This document shows positions 61,664 to 64,000 of a stretch of DNA of 64,000 bases, in pieces. The first letter of the stretch is position 1. Each line of letters opens with the position of its first letter. The notes beneath the pieces were generated by a model. That model was not told the DNA's origin and did not search any database. It saw only the letters and a program-made list of their open reading frames with translations. The stretch comes from Callorhinchus milii. Its lineage: Eukaryota. The DNA is taken from NCBI RefSeq assembly GCF_018977255.1, contig NW_024704742.1, positions 8,434,001 through 8,498,000 on the forward strand, written 5' to 3'. Position numbers and translations under genes: made by a program.

Positions 61664-63603
61664 GTCGCTGACTTCCTTACCCTTACAGCACCTTGGGATG
61701 TCCTCCTGATGTGAAAGGCATATAAAATGTGTAAAATGTAATTTTGTGTTGTATTACCCGCACAAAGCTTCTCACGTCCATCAACGTCAACAGGCTCAAT
61801 TGGCTCTCTGTCACCCAATGGATTGACTTAAAGATGCTCAACTGCAAATCCCTGTGCGGCTGTACTCCACCTTAACTCTCTGTACCGCTCCCACTTCCTC
61901 ACTCCCCAACCCACCATCTGGCACCTCTGCACGACTGACACTGGCTCATCCCTCACACCCTCCGCTTTCAGCCACTACACCCAGAAATTTTGGAACATTC
62001 TCCCTCAATCCCTCCGCCTTGCCCCCCCTCTCCCCCTTTTCAAGTCCCACCTGAAAACCTTCCTTTTCAACTGTGCTTATGGTAATCTCCAACCCCTCTC
62101 GGCTCGGAGTCAGGCTCCATCACTGTTAAGAACAAGTTGTTGTTGTCGACCTTTAGCTGACTGACAACCTTGCTCTCCAAGACACTACCCAGTGTGAAGC
62201 CACAAAAACAATTGTAGTCGTTTTTGTGGCTTGACTCCTCCATACACATAAAGTATATTGCCTAGGCAAGAATTTAATTTTTTTCCTGTATCATTCATCC
62301 CAACATGGATTCTAACCATTGGATATTCTCATAACCACTAGAATATTAACACAGTTTGCTCCGATGTGTTCCCTTTCCCCAGCACCGGAGAGGGAACTCA
62401 CCATAAGGGCTTACAGATCATATTTACTAACCTGCCTGTCTGTCTGTCTGTCTGTCTGTCCTTCTGTCTGTCTTACACACCACAGAAATTTTGACACAGT
62501 CAGTGACTATTCGATCCATTGGATAGGTGTTGGTGTTTACTCTTCCAATGAAGCCTCAAAGCAAATCACAATTCCCTGTTCTCCCCCTGTATCACCTAAT
62601 ACCCCTCTCTGTATGAGCCAATTAAATAAGCGCTCTGAGATTCTACCTGCGTAAAGGATGGTGTAGCAAGCTGTTGTTGTTGATTCCCTTTTAAATATCC
62701 CAAAGGATTGGGACCCTTGGAAATTAATTGCGTATTCCCACAGCTCTCTAGGAGGAGTGGGAATATGCAATTTACCTCTAATTCCCCCTTTCATATACCC
62801 AGTTTAGTCTTAAATTCACACCCTTATTCACCTGCAAAGCACAGTCACTCCACTTTACTGTAAATCCTGTGGAGTGCTTTGGGACGTGAAAGGCAAGTAA
62901 CAGCAACTTGCATATATATAGCCCCCTCTCATGCAGGGTAGCTTCCCAGGGCGCTTGACAGTAGCGGATCACGATGCCCAGCCAAGGGGAGGGAGGAGGA
63001 GACCATAAGCACGGTCAAGGAGAAAAGTCTTCAGCCATGACCTAAGATGGGAAGAAAGAGGTAAGACAGAGTGAGTCATACCTCAAAACTAAGCTACTGT
63101 TGATAAGTAGTAGCTTGCTGCATAAGTTTTAATGTACAGTATATAATAATAATCCTTGCATTTGATATAGTGTCTTATCATGTCTTTGAGACGTCTCAAA
63201 GCACTTCACAGAATATACTGTAAAGTGAATGACATAGACAGGATCCTATTTCACCATTTTCTAGACATTATCGAGGACGAGGGAATGAATATGTTGAGTA
63301 TTTGTTCAAACATCCAACTTTTGAAAGTAGCTATTTTGAAGATTTGCTAAAGCTTTGAGAGGGAACACAACTCCGAGCAGAAAAGACCAGAGCAAATAGT
63401 CTCTTTCAACACAAAGCACCTGTGCAAAATGTCTGAATAACAAACCAATGAAATCACATTTGTGGATGTGATGGCCTTTTCTGGAGGCAATAGGAGGAAT
63501 AATTGACAATAATGCTCTGGTCAAGACTTTCCTTCAGTCACTTGAGTGCTAACAGAGACTTGGTGGTACCAATGCTCACCCTGCCCTGCCACATGCTCTT
63601 CAG

Positions 63604-63712
63604 AAACATGATCTTTGAGGTTTTAGGTTCCTGGTCTGGACTCATCGCCCTTTGCTTCTTATTCCTTTTGGCAGCATGGTTTCTCATATCATGGACTCAT
63701 TCCAGTTTATGA
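63604..63712 (+). pseudogene. APOL: APOL-D leader exon (paralogue of 2947-3035) with the splice donor lost; duplication continues to the window end
   Basis: ctcttcAG|aaacATG ATC TTT GAG (MIFEVLGSWSGLIALCFLFLLAAWFLIS). GTAAGG donor is absent and the frame runs to TGA at 63710-63712. 63690-64000 matches ~3050-3353. Confidence 0.65.
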
Positions 63713-64000
63713 AAACTGCTGAGGGATGTACAGATACAGACAAACTGCAGCAATAACTGGATTGTGCAGAGGGCATGAACATCTATTGCAATTCCATTCA
63801 CCCTCTTCCTGGGGTAAGATCCCTATCTCCTTCCATCAGCTCTGACCCCCAATGAGCAGGGTCAGTACCTACATTGAAGACCTGAGACATGGCTTCCTCC
63901 TCCATTTAAGGTGTAGGATCTCATCTCTTCACCCAGTGTCTTGAAGCTATGGACTGGCGAAGCTGACACTGTAAGAACTCTCAGCCCTTTTATCCAATCA

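Overview
Vertebrate genomic DNA, most likely from a cartilaginous fish. This is inferred from the repeat landscape of CR1 and L2 LINE fragments plus a very abundant ~325-bp tRNA-head/Deu-domain/L2-tail SINE ending in (ATT)n. The window holds an apolipoprotein L (APOL) gene cluster in birth-and-death evolution. Three spliced gene models can be built by hand with consistent intron phases (ATG exon, phase 1, 25/28-nt micro-exon, phase 2, large terminal exon). APOL-A (+; 2951-3035, 6090-6114, 10913-12011; 402 aa) has an N-terminal hydrophobic leader and a 6 x 12-aa Ala/Lys repeat. APOL-B (-; 24301-24280, 22680-22656, 19089-18350; 261 aa if a single extra G is removed). APOL-C (-; 46673-46565, 46299-46237, 41261-41234, 40572-39852; 306 aa) has a hydrophobic leader and is very basic. 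There is also a deleted pseudogene of APOL-A (30.3-30.9 kb), an orphan inverted copy of the APOL-B promoter/exon 1 (55.6 kb), and the 5' end of a further APOL-A-type copy (59.4 kb onward) whose leader exon has lost its donor. The APOL-A and APOL-B promoters, and the orphan copy, carry tandem GAAAGT IRF/ISRE motifs; the APOL-C and APOL-D matches are weaker. Other content: two decayed LTR-element remnants with tRNA-Lys and tRNA-Arg primer-binding sites, nested SINEs, minisatellites, and direct and inverted segmental duplications. Gene names A-D are my labels. Exon models are inferred from sequence only, and repeat boundaries are approximate.
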